Source: Longivirga aurantiaca
GTDB taxonomy: Bacteria > Actinomycetota > Actinomycetes > S36-B12 > CAIYMF01
DNA: 32,000 nucleotides
Reading direction: 5' to 3'
Assembly (NCBI RefSeq): GCF_042660085.1
Contig: NZ_JBHSTI010000008.1
Coordinates: forward strand, 120,001 to 152,000
The notes under the pieces were generated by a model. It had not been told where the DNA came from and made no database searches. It saw only the letters and a program-made list of their open reading frames with translations. Position 1 is the stretch's first letter. Each line of letters starts with the position of its first letter. Below are positions 1 to 8,017 of the stretch, one piece after another. The translations under genes and the position numbers were made by a program.

Positions 1-702
1 AGCCAGGACGCCAACGCGCTGCTGCGCCTGCGCGACCACTACGGCATCGCGATCACGTCGATCCACGCGCCCTGCCTGCTCGTCAGCCAGCGGGTCTGGG
101 GCACCGAGCCGTGGCCGAAGCTGCAGCGGGCCCAGGCCGCCGCGGAGCTGCTGGGGGCCGAGACGGTGGTGGTGCACCCGCCGTTCCGCTGGCAGCGCGA
201 CTACGCGCGCGACTTCGTGGCCGGCATCGAGTCGATGCAGAGCGAGACCGACGTCCGCTTCGCGGTCGAGAACATGTACCCCTGGAAGGCGGCGAGCCGG
301 GAGTTCATGGCCTACCTGCCCGACTGGGACGTCCGCAACGACGACTACCTGCACACCACGCTCGACCTCTCGCACACCTCGGTGTCGCAGAGCGACGCGC
401 TGGAGATGGCCGACGACCTCGGCGAGCGTCTCGTGCACCTGCACCTCGCCGACGGCTCGGGCTCGACCCGCGACGAGCACCTCGTGCCCGGGCGCGGCAA
501 CCAGCCCTGCGGCGAGGTGCTGCGCGGTCTCGCCGAGCGCGGGTTCGACGGCCAGGTGGTCGTCGAGATCAGCACGCGCAAGGCGACGACCCGGGAGCAG
601 CGCGAGATCGACCTGGCCGAGTCGCTCGCCTTCGCCCGGCACCATCTGTCGGGCGTCGCGGAGGATTTCGTGCCCGCCGTGGCCCGGGAGGTGCTGCCAT
701 GA
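1..702 (+). CDS. Sugar phosphate isomerase/epimerase (xylose-isomerase-like TIM barrel), 5' end outside the window
   Basis: Frame 1 is open from base 1 ([27 protein letters not shown]...) and runs into the listed 166..702 ORF. It shows TIM-barrel AP-endonuclease-2-like motifs (VVVHPP, ENMYP, HLHLADG, DEH, VVVEI). The stop is TGA 700-702. Confidence 0.8.
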   Translation, partial: SQDANALLRLRDHYGIAITSIHAPCLLVSQRVWGTEPWPKLQRAQAAAELLGAETVVVHPPFRWQRDYARDFVAGIESMQSETDVRFAVENMYPWKAASREFMAYLPDWDVRNDDYLHTTLDLSHTSVSQSDALEMADDLGERLVHLHLADGSGSTRDEHLVPGRGNQPCGEVLRGLAERGFDGQVVVEISTRKATTREQREIDLAESLAFARHHLSGVAEDFVPAVAREVLP

Positions 703-1295
703 GCTCGTCCGACGACGTCTCCAAGATCCTGCTCGACGCTGCTCGCGCCGCGTACGACAAGCGCGGCTACCTCGGCACCACCATCAAGGGGGTGGCCGCC
801 GCGGCAGGCGTGGCCCCCGATGTCGCGATGCGCTACTACCGCAACCGCGAGCAGCTGTTCGCCGCTGCGATGCGGCTGCCGTTCGACCCGTCGACGTCGA
901 TCGCGCAGCTGCTCGCGCCCGGGATCGACGGGCTCGGCGAGCGCCTCGTCCGCATCACGCTGCGCATGCTGGACGACCCCGAGACGCGCGACCAGCTCGC
1001 CGAGATGGTGCGCGCGGGCGCGGGCGCCTCGAAGGCCACGGCGTCCCTGCGCGAGTACCTCGAGAGCGCCGTCGTCGACCGTGTCGTCACGGTGCTCGGC
1101 GTCCCGGACGCGCGGATGCGCGTGTCGCTCGCTACGTCGTACCTCCTCGGGATCGCGAGCATGCGCTACGTCCTGAGGATCGAGCCGCTCGCCTCCGCGA
1201 CGGAGGACGAGATCGTCGCCCTCGTCGCGCCGGCCGTGCAGGCGGCGCTCACGACCCCGACCGAGCCGACGAAGGCGCAGTCGTCCGGGCGCTGA
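699..1295 (+). CDS. TetR/AcrR family transcriptional regulator
   Basis: ATG 699 overlaps the upstream stop (ATGA). The N-terminus carries a TetR-type HTH ([33 protein letters not shown]). The 5' part of track ORF 111..1295 overlaps gene 1 in another frame and is R/G/A-rich, so it is treated as an artefact. Confidence 0.85.
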   Translation: MSSSDDVSKILLDAARAAYDKRGYLGTTIKGVAAAAGVAPDVAMRYYRNREQLFAAAMRLPFDPSTSIAQLLAPGIDGLGERLVRITLRMLDDPETRDQLAEMVRAGAGASKATASLREYLESAVVDRVVTVLGVPDARMRVSLATSYLLGIASMRYVLRIEPLASATEDEIVALVAPAVQAALTTPTEPTKAQSSGR

Positions 1296-1385
1296 CCCGT
1301 GCGACGCGTGGCGGCCGCGTGGCGCGTGCGGCAAGGTGGGCCTGTGGCCACGAGGCCAGCGCATCCGATGCCTGAGGGGTACGTC

Positions 1386-1889
1386 GTGAACAAGGGAATG
1401 CTCGCTGTCCTGAACGAGTCCGAGCGTCTGCTGGTCCTCGAGACCGAGAAGGCCGAGCTCGCGAAGCTCGACGAGGACGGCCTCGTCGCGCTGCACGACC
1501 GCATCCGTCGCGCCCGCAACAAGTACACGGGCCAGTACCGCCGCGGCGGCGCGAGCAAGGTGCCCGCCAAGGGCGGTCGCGGCAAGGCCAGCCAGCAGAA
1601 CTCCGCCGCCCGGGCCAAGGCCGAGGCCTTCGAGGTCGCCCTCGCGAACGTGAGCACGGCGCTCGCCGCCGCAGCGCGCCGTACCGCGGCCGAGCTCAAG
1701 GCGGAGCGGATCGCGGCAGCCCGCGGTGAGGGCGCCCCCGCGGTCGCCAAGGCTCCGGCGACCGGGCGCAAGGCAGCAGCGAGCCCCGCGACGAAGCGCA
1801 CCCGCAGCGACTCCTCGGCAGTTGCGAAGAAGAACGCCTCGACCCTCGCGGCCGGCGCGCGTCGTCAGGCCAAGCGCGACAGCCGCTGA
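1386..1889 (+). CDS. Hypothetical protein with a basic Ala/Lys/Arg-rich C-terminal tail
   Basis: It lies in track ORF 1299..1889. GTG 1386 is preceded by GAGGGG (1374-1379); an alternative ATG is at 1398. Codon third positions are G/C-rich. The N-terminus looks helical (LNESERLLVLETEKAELAKLDEDGLVALHDRIRRARNKY) and is followed by a low-complexity basic tail. I recognise no family. Confidence 0.55.
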   Translation: MNKGMLAVLNESERLLVLETEKAELAKLDEDGLVALHDRIRRARNKYTGQYRRGGASKVPAKGGRGKASQQNSAARAKAEAFEVALANVSTALAAAARRTAAELKAERIAAARGEGAPAVAKAPATGRKAAASPATKRTRSDSSAVAKKNASTLAAGARRQAKRDSR

Positions 1890-1940
1890 CCGCTCACGGC
1901 ATCCAGGCCCCCGGCCGCCGACCGGGGTCGATCACCACGG

Positions 1941-1987
1941 CGTCGGCCGCCCTGCTCCGAGTAGCCTGACGGAGAGGGCGGCCGACG
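1941..1987 (+). terminator. Long GC-rich hairpin between the hypothetical gene and proline dehydrogenase
   Basis: CGTCGGCCGCCCT (1941-1953) pairs perfectly with AGGGCGGCCGACG (1975-1987). An inner stem pairs CTCCG (1955-1959) with CGGAG (1970-1974), leaving a 10-nt loop. There is no U-tract. It lies about 50 nt after the stop at 1889 and about 10 nt before the ProDH SD. Confidence 0.4.
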
Positions 1988-2011
1988 TCGGTCGCAGGTG
2001 AGGAGACGACG

Positions 2012-2941
2012 GTGCTGCGCAGCCTGCTGCTGTCCGCGTCGCGCAACGAGAAGCTCCAGCAGCTCGCGAGCGAGGCGGCGCCCGCCCGTGCGCTGGTGGA
2101 CCGCTTCGTGGCGGGCGAGCGCACCGAGGATGCAGTGCGGGCCACGTCCGACCTCGTGGGGTCGGGGCGGCTCGTCACGATCGACCGGCTGGGCGAGGAC
2201 ACCACCGACCGGGCGCAGGCCGAGGCCACGCGCGACGCCTACCTGGTGCTGCTCCACGCGCTCTCCGCCGCCGGCCTCGCGGCCTCTGCAGAGGTGTCGG
2301 TGAAGCTGTCGGCCGTCGGGCAGGCGCTCCCCGGCGACGGCGAGAAGATCGCGCTCGAGTTCGCCCGCGACATCTGCGCGAAGGCGGCCGAGGTCGGCAC
2401 CACGGTCACCCTCGACATGGAGGACCACACCACCACCGACCTGACCCTGGGCGCCCTGCGCGACCTGCGTGCGGACTTCCCGTGGGTGGGCGGCGTGCTG
2501 CAGGCCTACCTGCGACGCACCGAGGCCGACTGCCGCGACCTCGCCGGCGCCGGTTCGCGCATCCGCCTGTGCAAGGGCGCGTACCGCGAGCCGGAGAACG
2601 TGGCCTACCAGGACCGCGCTGAGGTCGACAAGGCCTACGTGCGCTGCGCGAAGATCCTGATCCAGGGCGACGGCTACCCGATGTTCGCCACCCACGACCC
2701 ACGCCTGGTCGACATCGTCGAGGCGCTCGCGATCCGCAACGACCGCGCGCCGAGCTCGTTCGAGTACCAGATGCTGTACGGCGTCCGCACGGACGAGCAG
2801 CTGCGGCTCGCGGCCGAGGGCAACCGCATGCGCGTCTACGTCCCGTACGGCGACGAGTGGTACGGCTACCTGGTGCGCCGGCTCGCGGAGCGACCTGCCA
2901 ACCTGACCCTGCTCGCGCGTGCACTCACCTCGAAGGGCTGA
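2012..2941 (+). CDS. Proline dehydrogenase (monofunctional, PutA ProDH-domain family)
   Basis: It is a 309-aa ORF. GTG 2012 is preceded by GGTGAGGAGA (1997-2006). ProDH-family motifs are present (VKLSAVG, LDMEDH, RLCKGAY, QMLYGVR, YVPYGxxWYGYLxRRLAERPAN). Confidence 0.85.
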   Translation: MLRSLLLSASRNEKLQQLASEAAPARALVDRFVAGERTEDAVRATSDLVGSGRLVTIDRLGEDTTDRAQAEATRDAYLVLLHALSAAGLAASAEVSVKLSAVGQALPGDGEKIALEFARDICAKAAEVGTTVTLDMEDHTTTDLTLGALRDLRADFPWVGGVLQAYLRRTEADCRDLAGAGSRIRLCKGAYREPENVAYQDRAEVDKAYVRCAKILIQGDGYPMFATHDPRLVDIVEALAIRNDRAPSSFEYQMLYGVRTDEQLRLAAEGNRMRVYVPYGDEWYGYLVRRLAERPANLTLLARALTSKG

Positions 2942-2946
2942 CCATC

Positions 2947-3750
2947 ATGGGACTCGTCGCCGTCATCGGCGCAGGCGTCATGGGGGAGACCCTGCTGTCC
3001 GGGCTCCTGCGCGCCGGCCGCGCCCCCGGAGACCTCGTCGTCGCCGAGCGCCGCCCGGACCGCGCTGCCGAGCTGCGCGCGAAGTACGGCGTCGAGGTCA
3101 TCGGCAACGTCGAGGCGGTCGAGAAGGCAGACACCGTCGTGCTCGTCGTGAAGCCGCAGGACATGGGCGCCGTGGTCGACGAGATCGCCGGCTCGGTGAA
3201 GCCGGGCGCCCTCGTCGTGTCCCTCGCCGCCGGCATCACGACCGAGTTCCTCGAGCAGCGGCTGCCCGCCGGCACGCCGGTGGTCCGCGTCATGCCCAAC
3301 ACGCCGGCCCTCGTCGACCAGGGGATGGCGGCGATCTCCGCCGGCGCCCATTGCGACGACGAGCACCTGGCGCACGCCGAGTCGCTGCTGTCGGCCGTCG
3401 GCAAGGTCGTGCAGGTGGCCGAGAAGCACCAGGACGCGGTCACGGCCATCAGCGGCTCCGGGCCGGCGTACATCTTCTACGTCACCGAGGCGATGATCGA
3501 GGCGGGCGTGTTCCTCGGGCTGCCGCGCACCACCGCCACGGAGCTCGTCGTACAGACGCTGTACGGCGCGGCCACCATGCTGCGCGAGACGGGCGACCAC
3601 CCGAGCGTGCTGCGCGAGAACGTCACCTCGCCGGGCGGCACCACGGTGGCGGCTCTGCGCACCCTCGACGACCACAAGGTGCGCGCCGCCTTCATCTCCG
3701 CGCTCGAGGCGGCGCGCGATCGCAGCCACGAGCTCGCCTCGGGCCAGTGA
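2947..3750 (+). CDS. proC: Pyrroline-5-carboxylate reductase
   Basis: The internal ATG 2947 of track ORF 2857..3750 gives an N-terminal Rossmann motif (VAVIGAGVMGETL). It also has the ProC signatures VVKPQD, RVMPNTPALV, SGSGPAY and SPGGTT. Confidence 0.9.
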   Translation: MGLVAVIGAGVMGETLLSGLLRAGRAPGDLVVAERRPDRAAELRAKYGVEVIGNVEAVEKADTVVLVVKPQDMGAVVDEIAGSVKPGALVVSLAAGITTEFLEQRLPAGTPVVRVMPNTPALVDQGMAAISAGAHCDDEHLAHAESLLSAVGKVVQVAEKHQDAVTAISGSGPAYIFYVTEAMIEAGVFLGLPRTTATELVVQTLYGAATMLRETGDHPSVLRENVTSPGGTTVAALRTLDDHKVRAAFISALEAARDRSHELASGQ

Positions 3751-4940
3751 CCGGCACCGCGGCCGTCGTCTGGGACGACGGTCTCGCGCGGTACGACTTC
3801 GGCGTCGGGCACCCGCTCGCACCGATCCGGGTGCAGCTGGCGATGCGGCTCGCGCGCGACCTGGGTCTCGTCGACGGCGACGGCGTCACCGTGATCGGCC
3901 CGGTCGAGATCGACGACGACGCGCTGCTCACGGTGCACGACCCGGAGTACCTCGCGGCGGTGAAGCGGTCGTCGGCCGATCCGTCGCACGTGGAGCTGCA
4001 CCGCGGGCTCGGCACCGACGACGTGCCGACGTTCACGGGGATGCACGAGGCGTCGCGCGCGGTCTGCGGAGCCACGCTGGCTGCGGTGCAGGCCGTGCAC
4101 TCGGGGGACTACCTGCACGCGGTCAACCTCGCCGGCGGCCTGCACCACGCGATGCCCGGGGCGGCGTCGGGGTTCTGCGTGTACAACGACATCGCCGTCG
4201 GCATCCAGTGGCTGCTCGACCAGGGCGTCGAGCGCGTGGCGTACGTCGACGTCGACGTCCACCACGGCGACGGCGTGCAGGCGGCGTTCTGGGACGACCC
4301 GCGCGTGCTCACGGTGTCGGTGCACGAGTCGGGCCGCGCGCTCTTCCCGGGCACCGGGTTCCCGAGCGAGGTCGGCGGCCCGAACGCGCTCGGCTCGGCG
4401 GTCAACGTCGCCCTGCCGCCGCACACCGGCGACGACGGCTGGCTGCGCGCCTTCGACGGCGTCGTGCCGCAGCTGCTGCGCAGCTTCCGACCCCAGTTCC
4501 TCGTCACGCAGCAGGGCTGCGACTCGCACTCGGAGGACCCGCTCGCGCACCTCGAGCTGTCCGTGGACGGCCAGCGCATGTCGTACGCCGCGCTGCACGC
4601 CCTCGCGCACGAGCTCTGCGACGGCCGCTGGGTGGCGCTCGGCGGAGGCGGCTACTCCTGGGTCGACGTCGTCCCCCGGGCGTGGTCGCACCTCATCGGC
4701 GAGGTCGTGGGCGCCCCGGTGCCGCCCGAGACGCCGCTGCCGGCGGTCTGGCGCGACTTCGTCGAGGAGCGGCTCAAGGTGCCGACGCCGGCCCTCATGA
4801 CCGACGGACGGACGCCTCGCGTCCGCTCCTGGGAGTCGGGCTACGACCCGGCGGACGCTATCGACGCCGCGGTGCTGCGCACCCGTGAGGCCGTCTTCCC
4901 CTGGCACGGGCTCAACGCAGACCCGTACCACGGCTTCTGA
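3747..4940 (+). CDS. Histone deacetylase-family protein (acetoin utilization AcuC-like deacetylase)
   Basis: GTG 3747 overlaps the proC stop (GTGA). It has HDAC/arginase-fold signatures (GGLHHA, DVDVHHGDGVQ, LGGGGYS). The first ~276 aa of track ORF 2919..4940 are an R/P/G-rich read-through over proC in another frame. Confidence 0.8.
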   Translation: MTGTAAVVWDDGLARYDFGVGHPLAPIRVQLAMRLARDLGLVDGDGVTVIGPVEIDDDALLTVHDPEYLAAVKRSSADPSHVELHRGLGTDDVPTFTGMHEASRAVCGATLAAVQAVHSGDYLHAVNLAGGLHHAMPGAASGFCVYNDIAVGIQWLLDQGVERVAYVDVDVHHGDGVQAAFWDDPRVLTVSVHESGRALFPGTGFPSEVGGPNALGSAVNVALPPHTGDDGWLRAFDGVVPQLLRSFRPQFLVTQQGCDSHSEDPLAHLELSVDGQRMSYAALHALAHELCDGRWVALGGGGYSWVDVVPRAWSHLIGEVVGAPVPPETPLPAVWRDFVEERLKVPTPALMTDGRTPRVRSWESGYDPADAIDAAVLRTREAVFPWHGLNADPYHGF

Positions 4941-4961
4941 CCGCAGGCCTCTGACCTGCGG
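4941..4961 (+). terminator. Short hairpin directly after the deacetylase stop
   Basis: CCGCAGG (4941-4947) pairs with CCTGCGG (4955-4961) around a 7-nt loop. There is no U-tract. Confidence 0.3.
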
Positions 4962-5163
4962 CGACGGCGTACATCGGGCGCTGGTCAAGCGCGCCGCGCG
5001 GGCGGCCCTGACCCGTCCGGGTGATGCTCGCCGTCTGGACTTCCGTCACACCTTCCCCATGAGTCCCGTCCGCCACTACCCTCGCCTCAGAGAGTGACAG
5101 CGCGTGTCGTCGCGGGTGCGGTGGGGAAGCCGGTCCCGCCACGTGCTGCTTGAGGGAAGAACC

Positions 5164-5367
5164 ATGGCTGGCACCGACCGACCTCTGTCCGAGGTCCGTT
5201 TCCTGACCGTGGCCGAGGTGGCCACCGTCATGCGCGTCTCGAAGATGACCGTCTACCGCCTCGTGCACAACGGCGAGCTGCCGGCCGTGCGCGTCGGACG
5301 GTCCTTCCGCGTGCCGGAGCAGGCCGTGCACGACTACCTGCGCGACTCCTTCGTCGAGACCGCCTGA
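5164..5367 (+). CDS. Small excisionase-family/MerR-like helix-turn-helix DNA-binding protein (Rv0500A-like)
   Basis: ATG 5164 is preceded by GAGGGAAG. The 67-aa product has a typical HTH (FLTVAEVATVMRVSKMTVYRLVHNGELPAVRVGRSFRV). It sits between proC and the bS22 gene, as in other actinobacteria. Confidence 0.8.
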   Translation: MAGTDRPLSEVRFLTVAEVATVMRVSKMTVYRLVHNGELPAVRVGRSFRVPEQAVHDYLRDSFVETA

Positions 5368-5515
5368 CCGGTCCTCCCGCTGCCCGGCGGGAGCCCGGCA
5401 CGGGCATCCGGTCGCGGCAGGTAGGGTAGGGCCCGGTCGCGCGCGGCACCCCGTGCGCCATCTCCTTCGTGGTGACCGGGATCGGCGCCGCAGTCCGGAA
5501 CAGTGAGGTCGGCCC

Positions 5516-5614
5516 ATGGGCTCCGTGATCAAGAAGCGCCGCAAGCGCATGGCGAAGAAGAAGCACCGCAAGCTGCTCAAGAAGACGCGCGTTCAGCGTC
5601 GTAACAAGAAGTAG
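5516..5614 (+). CDS. 30S ribosomal protein bS22 (32 aa)
   Basis: This gene is not in the ORF track because it is too short. ATG 5516 to TAG 5612-5614 encodes [32 protein letters not shown], the conserved actinobacterial bS22 (Rv0500B-type) sequence. An SD-like GAGG lies at 5505-5508. Confidence 0.85.
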   Translation: MGSVIKKRRKRMAKKKHRKLLKKTRVQRRNKK

Positions 5615-5628
5615 CGCGTACAGCTCTC

Positions 5629-5660
5629 GACGGGCGGGGACCTCCGGGTCCCCGCCCGTC
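5629..5660 (+). terminator. Perfect 14-bp GC hairpin after the bS22 gene
   Basis: GACGGGCGGGGACC (5629-5642) pairs perfectly with GGTCCCCGCCCGTC (5647-5660) around a 4-nt loop. It starts 15 nt after the stop. It lacks a U-tract, as many actinobacterial terminators do. Confidence 0.6.
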
Positions 5661-5781
5661 GTGCTGCCCGGGATGCCGCTTCCTGCGCGGCGCCGGTTCC
5701 GGCCCTGCGCGGGGAGGCCCCGGTGAGGCAGGATGGGGTGGGTGCTACCGACGGGTAGCCACGGAGCCGGAGGGAGGCCCC

Positions 5782-6858
5782 ATGCCACGCGTCGTCCTGG
5801 TCACGGGCGTCTCGCGCCACCTCGGCAGCCGCATGGCGCGGATCCTGTCGCACGACCCCGCGATCGACCGCGTGGTCGGCGTCGACGTCATCCCGCCGCG
5901 CTCGGACATCGGTGGCGCGGAGTTCGTGCGCGCCGACATCCGCAACCCGATCATCGGCAAGGTCATCGCTGCCGCCGGCGTCGACACCGTGGTGCACATG
6001 GGCGTCATCTCGACGCCGGTGCAGGCTGGCGGCCGCGTGTCGATGAAGGAGATCAACGTCATCGGCACGATGCAGCTGCTCGCCGCGTGCCAGAAGGCCG
6101 AGGGCGTCAGCAAGCTCGTCGTGAAGTCGACGTCGTCGATCTACGGCGCGGGCCCGAAGGACCCGGCGCTGTTCACCGAGGACACCGAGCCCAAGAGCCA
6201 GCCGCGCTCGGGGTGGGCCAAGGACTCGGTCGAGGTCGAGTCGTACGTCCGCGGCTTCGCTCGCCGCCGCCCCGACGTGACGGTCAGCACGCTGCGCTTC
6301 GCCAACTTCATCGGCCCCAAGGTCGACACCCCGATGGCGGCGTACTTCGGGCTCCCGGTCGTGCCGACGGTGCTCGGCCACGACGCGCGGCTGCAGTTCG
6401 TCCACGAGGACGACGGCCTCGAGGCGATCCGCATCGCGGTGCTCGGCGACAAGCCCGGGATCTTCAACGTCGCAGGCGACGGCATCCTCATGCTGAGCCA
6501 GGCCCTGCGCCTGGCGGGCAAGACCGTGCTGCCCGTGCCGACGCCTCTCGTGGGCATCGTGGGCGGCTGGTTCCGTCGCGCGGGGCTCGCCGACTTCTCG
6601 CCGGAGCAGATCAAGTTCCTGACCTACGGCCGCGGCCTCGACACGACGCGCATGCGCGAGGTCCTGGGCTTCACGCCGGTCTACTCCACCCAGGACGCGT
6701 TCGTGGAGTTCGTGCACGACCGCGGCCTCGACCACCAGCTGCCCAAGCACCAGGCCGAGGCGATCGAGCGCGGTCTCGCGCACGCGCTCGGCACCTCGAC
6801 GCTGTCCGAGGCGCGGCTCGCCGCGCGGCTCCGGGAGGAGGCACCCGGTCGTGCCTGA
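5782..6858 (+). CDS. NAD-dependent epimerase/dehydratase family protein (GalE2/Rv0501-like)
   Basis: It is a 358-aa ORF. ATG 5782 is preceded by GGAGGGAGG. The N-terminus has a Rossmann fold (VVLVTGVSRHLGS) with SDR-extended features (STSSIYG, KxxxE region). Confidence 0.85.
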   Translation: MPRVVLVTGVSRHLGSRMARILSHDPAIDRVVGVDVIPPRSDIGGAEFVRADIRNPIIGKVIAAAGVDTVVHMGVISTPVQAGGRVSMKEINVIGTMQLLAACQKAEGVSKLVVKSTSSIYGAGPKDPALFTEDTEPKSQPRSGWAKDSVEVESYVRGFARRRPDVTVSTLRFANFIGPKVDTPMAAYFGLPVVPTVLGHDARLQFVHEDDGLEAIRIAVLGDKPGIFNVAGDGILMLSQALRLAGKTVLPVPTPLVGIVGGWFRRAGLADFSPEQIKFLTYGRGLDTTRMREVLGFTPVYSTQDAFVEFVHDRGLDHQLPKHQAEAIERGLAHALGTSTLSEARLAARLREEAPGRA

Positions 6859-7876
6859 TGCCACGGTCATCCCCATCGGCGGCGACGACGGCGCCCGCAA
6901 GGCGGCGTCCCGCGCCGCCCGGCAGGCCGGCGCCACCGGTCCGCGCCCGAAGACCAAGCGGCGCGTGGCCGCCACGGAGCCGCCGCCGCAGGCCCCGCCG
7001 GTCGACGACGACGCGCACGACGTCGACGGCTCCCCGACGCGGCTCGACGAGAACATCGCCGAGTGGCTCGACTTCCTGCGCCGCCGCGTCACCGGCGAGT
7101 ACGAGCTCGACGACTTCGGCTTCGACGCCGAGCTGACCGACCGCGTCTTCATGGCGCCGCTGCGCCCGCTCTACGAGAAGTGGTTCCGCGTGGAGACGCG
7201 CGGCATCGAGAACGTGCCCTCGGTCGGCGGCGCGCTCGTCGTCGCCAACCACTCCGGCACGATCGCGCTCGACTCGTTGATGACCCAGCTCGCGCTGCAC
7301 GACCACCACCCCGCGCACCGCAAGCTGCGCATGCTCGGGGCGAACCTCGTCTTCCAGACGCCGTTCATGGGCGAGATCGCGCGCAAGTCCGGCGCGACGC
7401 TGGCGTGCAACCCGGACGCCGAGCGGCTGCTGTCGACCGGCGAGATCGTCGGCGTGTGGCCCGAGGGCTTCAAGGGGATCGGCAAGCCGTACTCCGAGCG
7501 CTACAAGCTGCAGCGCTTCGGCCGTGGCGGCTTCGTGGCGACGGCGCTGCGCACGCGTACGCCGATCATCCCGTGCGCGATCGTCGGAGCCGAGGAGATC
7601 TACCCGATCCTCGGGGACGCCAAGACCCTCGCCCGGCTCTTCGGGCTGCCGTACTTCCCGATCACGCCCACGTTCCCCTGGCTCGGGCCGCTCGGCCTCG
7701 TGCCGCTGCCGAGCAAGTGGATCATCGAGTTCGGCGAGCCGATCAGGACCGACCACTACCCGGACGGCGCGGCCGACGACCCGATGCTGGTCTTCAACAT
7801 CACCGACCAGGTCCGCGAGTCGATCCAGCAGGCGCTCTACCGCCTGCTCGTCCAGCGCCGCTCCGTCTTCCGCTGA
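6851..7876 (+). CDS. Lysophospholipid/1-acyl-glycerol-3-phosphate acyltransferase family protein (Rv0502-like)
   Basis: GTG 6851 overlaps the upstream gene by 8 nt. Acyltransferase motifs are present (VVANHSG..D, WPEGFKG, PIIPCAIVGAEE). The N-terminal ~70 aa look disordered. Confidence 0.85.
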   Translation: MPDATVIPIGGDDGARKAASRAARQAGATGPRPKTKRRVAATEPPPQAPPVDDDAHDVDGSPTRLDENIAEWLDFLRRRVTGEYELDDFGFDAELTDRVFMAPLRPLYEKWFRVETRGIENVPSVGGALVVANHSGTIALDSLMTQLALHDHHPAHRKLRMLGANLVFQTPFMGEIARKSGATLACNPDAERLLSTGEIVGVWPEGFKGIGKPYSERYKLQRFGRGGFVATALRTRTPIIPCAIVGAEEIYPILGDAKTLARLFGLPYFPITPTFPWLGPLGLVPLPSKWIIEFGEPIRTDHYPDGAADDPMLVFNITDQVRESIQQALYRLLVQRRSVFR

Positions 7877-7892
7877 CCGCCGCCCCCTGCGG

Positions 7893-7969
7893 ATGATTGC
7901 CTACTTCGTTCGGCTCTATTGGATGAAGGTCGCCTTCATCCAATAGAGCCGAACAATCGCGGCATTCAT
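7893..7969. repeat. AT-rich 77-bp palindromic element with perfect 22-nt arms
   Basis: GTTCGGCTCTATTGGATGAAGG (7908-7929), tcg, then CCTTCATCCAATAGAGCCGAAC (7933-7954) are exact reverse complements. An outer pair, ATGATTGCC (7893-7901) and GGCATTCAT (7961-7969), matches at 8 of 9 positions after a 6x6-nt internal loop. Confidence 0.9.
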
Positions 7970-8017
7970 GTCTGGCGGCGGGTTCACGGTGTCGTACGGC
8001 GCGGCTAGCGTCGGGGG

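Noticed and set aside
2919-3746. The N-terminal 276 aa of the 673-aa track ORF 2919..4940.
   Set aside because: This part overlaps proC in another frame and is an RRRP-type low-complexity sequence. The deacetylase homology begins at GTG 3747, which forms a GTGA junction with the proC stop.
4885-5097. The 70-aa ORF in the deacetylase-HTH spacer.
   Set aside because: It overlaps the deacetylase 3' end, has no SD, has an Arg/Thr/Pro-rich composition, and shows no recognisable motif.
7893-7969. The palindrome as a chromosome dif (XerC/D) site or a riboswitch for the downstream folate-type gene.
   Set aside because: It does not resemble the ~28-bp dif architecture with an AT-rich 6-bp core (ATAATGTATATTAT-like). 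A perfect two-arm hairpin lacks the multi-helix conserved cores of the ZTP or THF riboswitches as I remember them.
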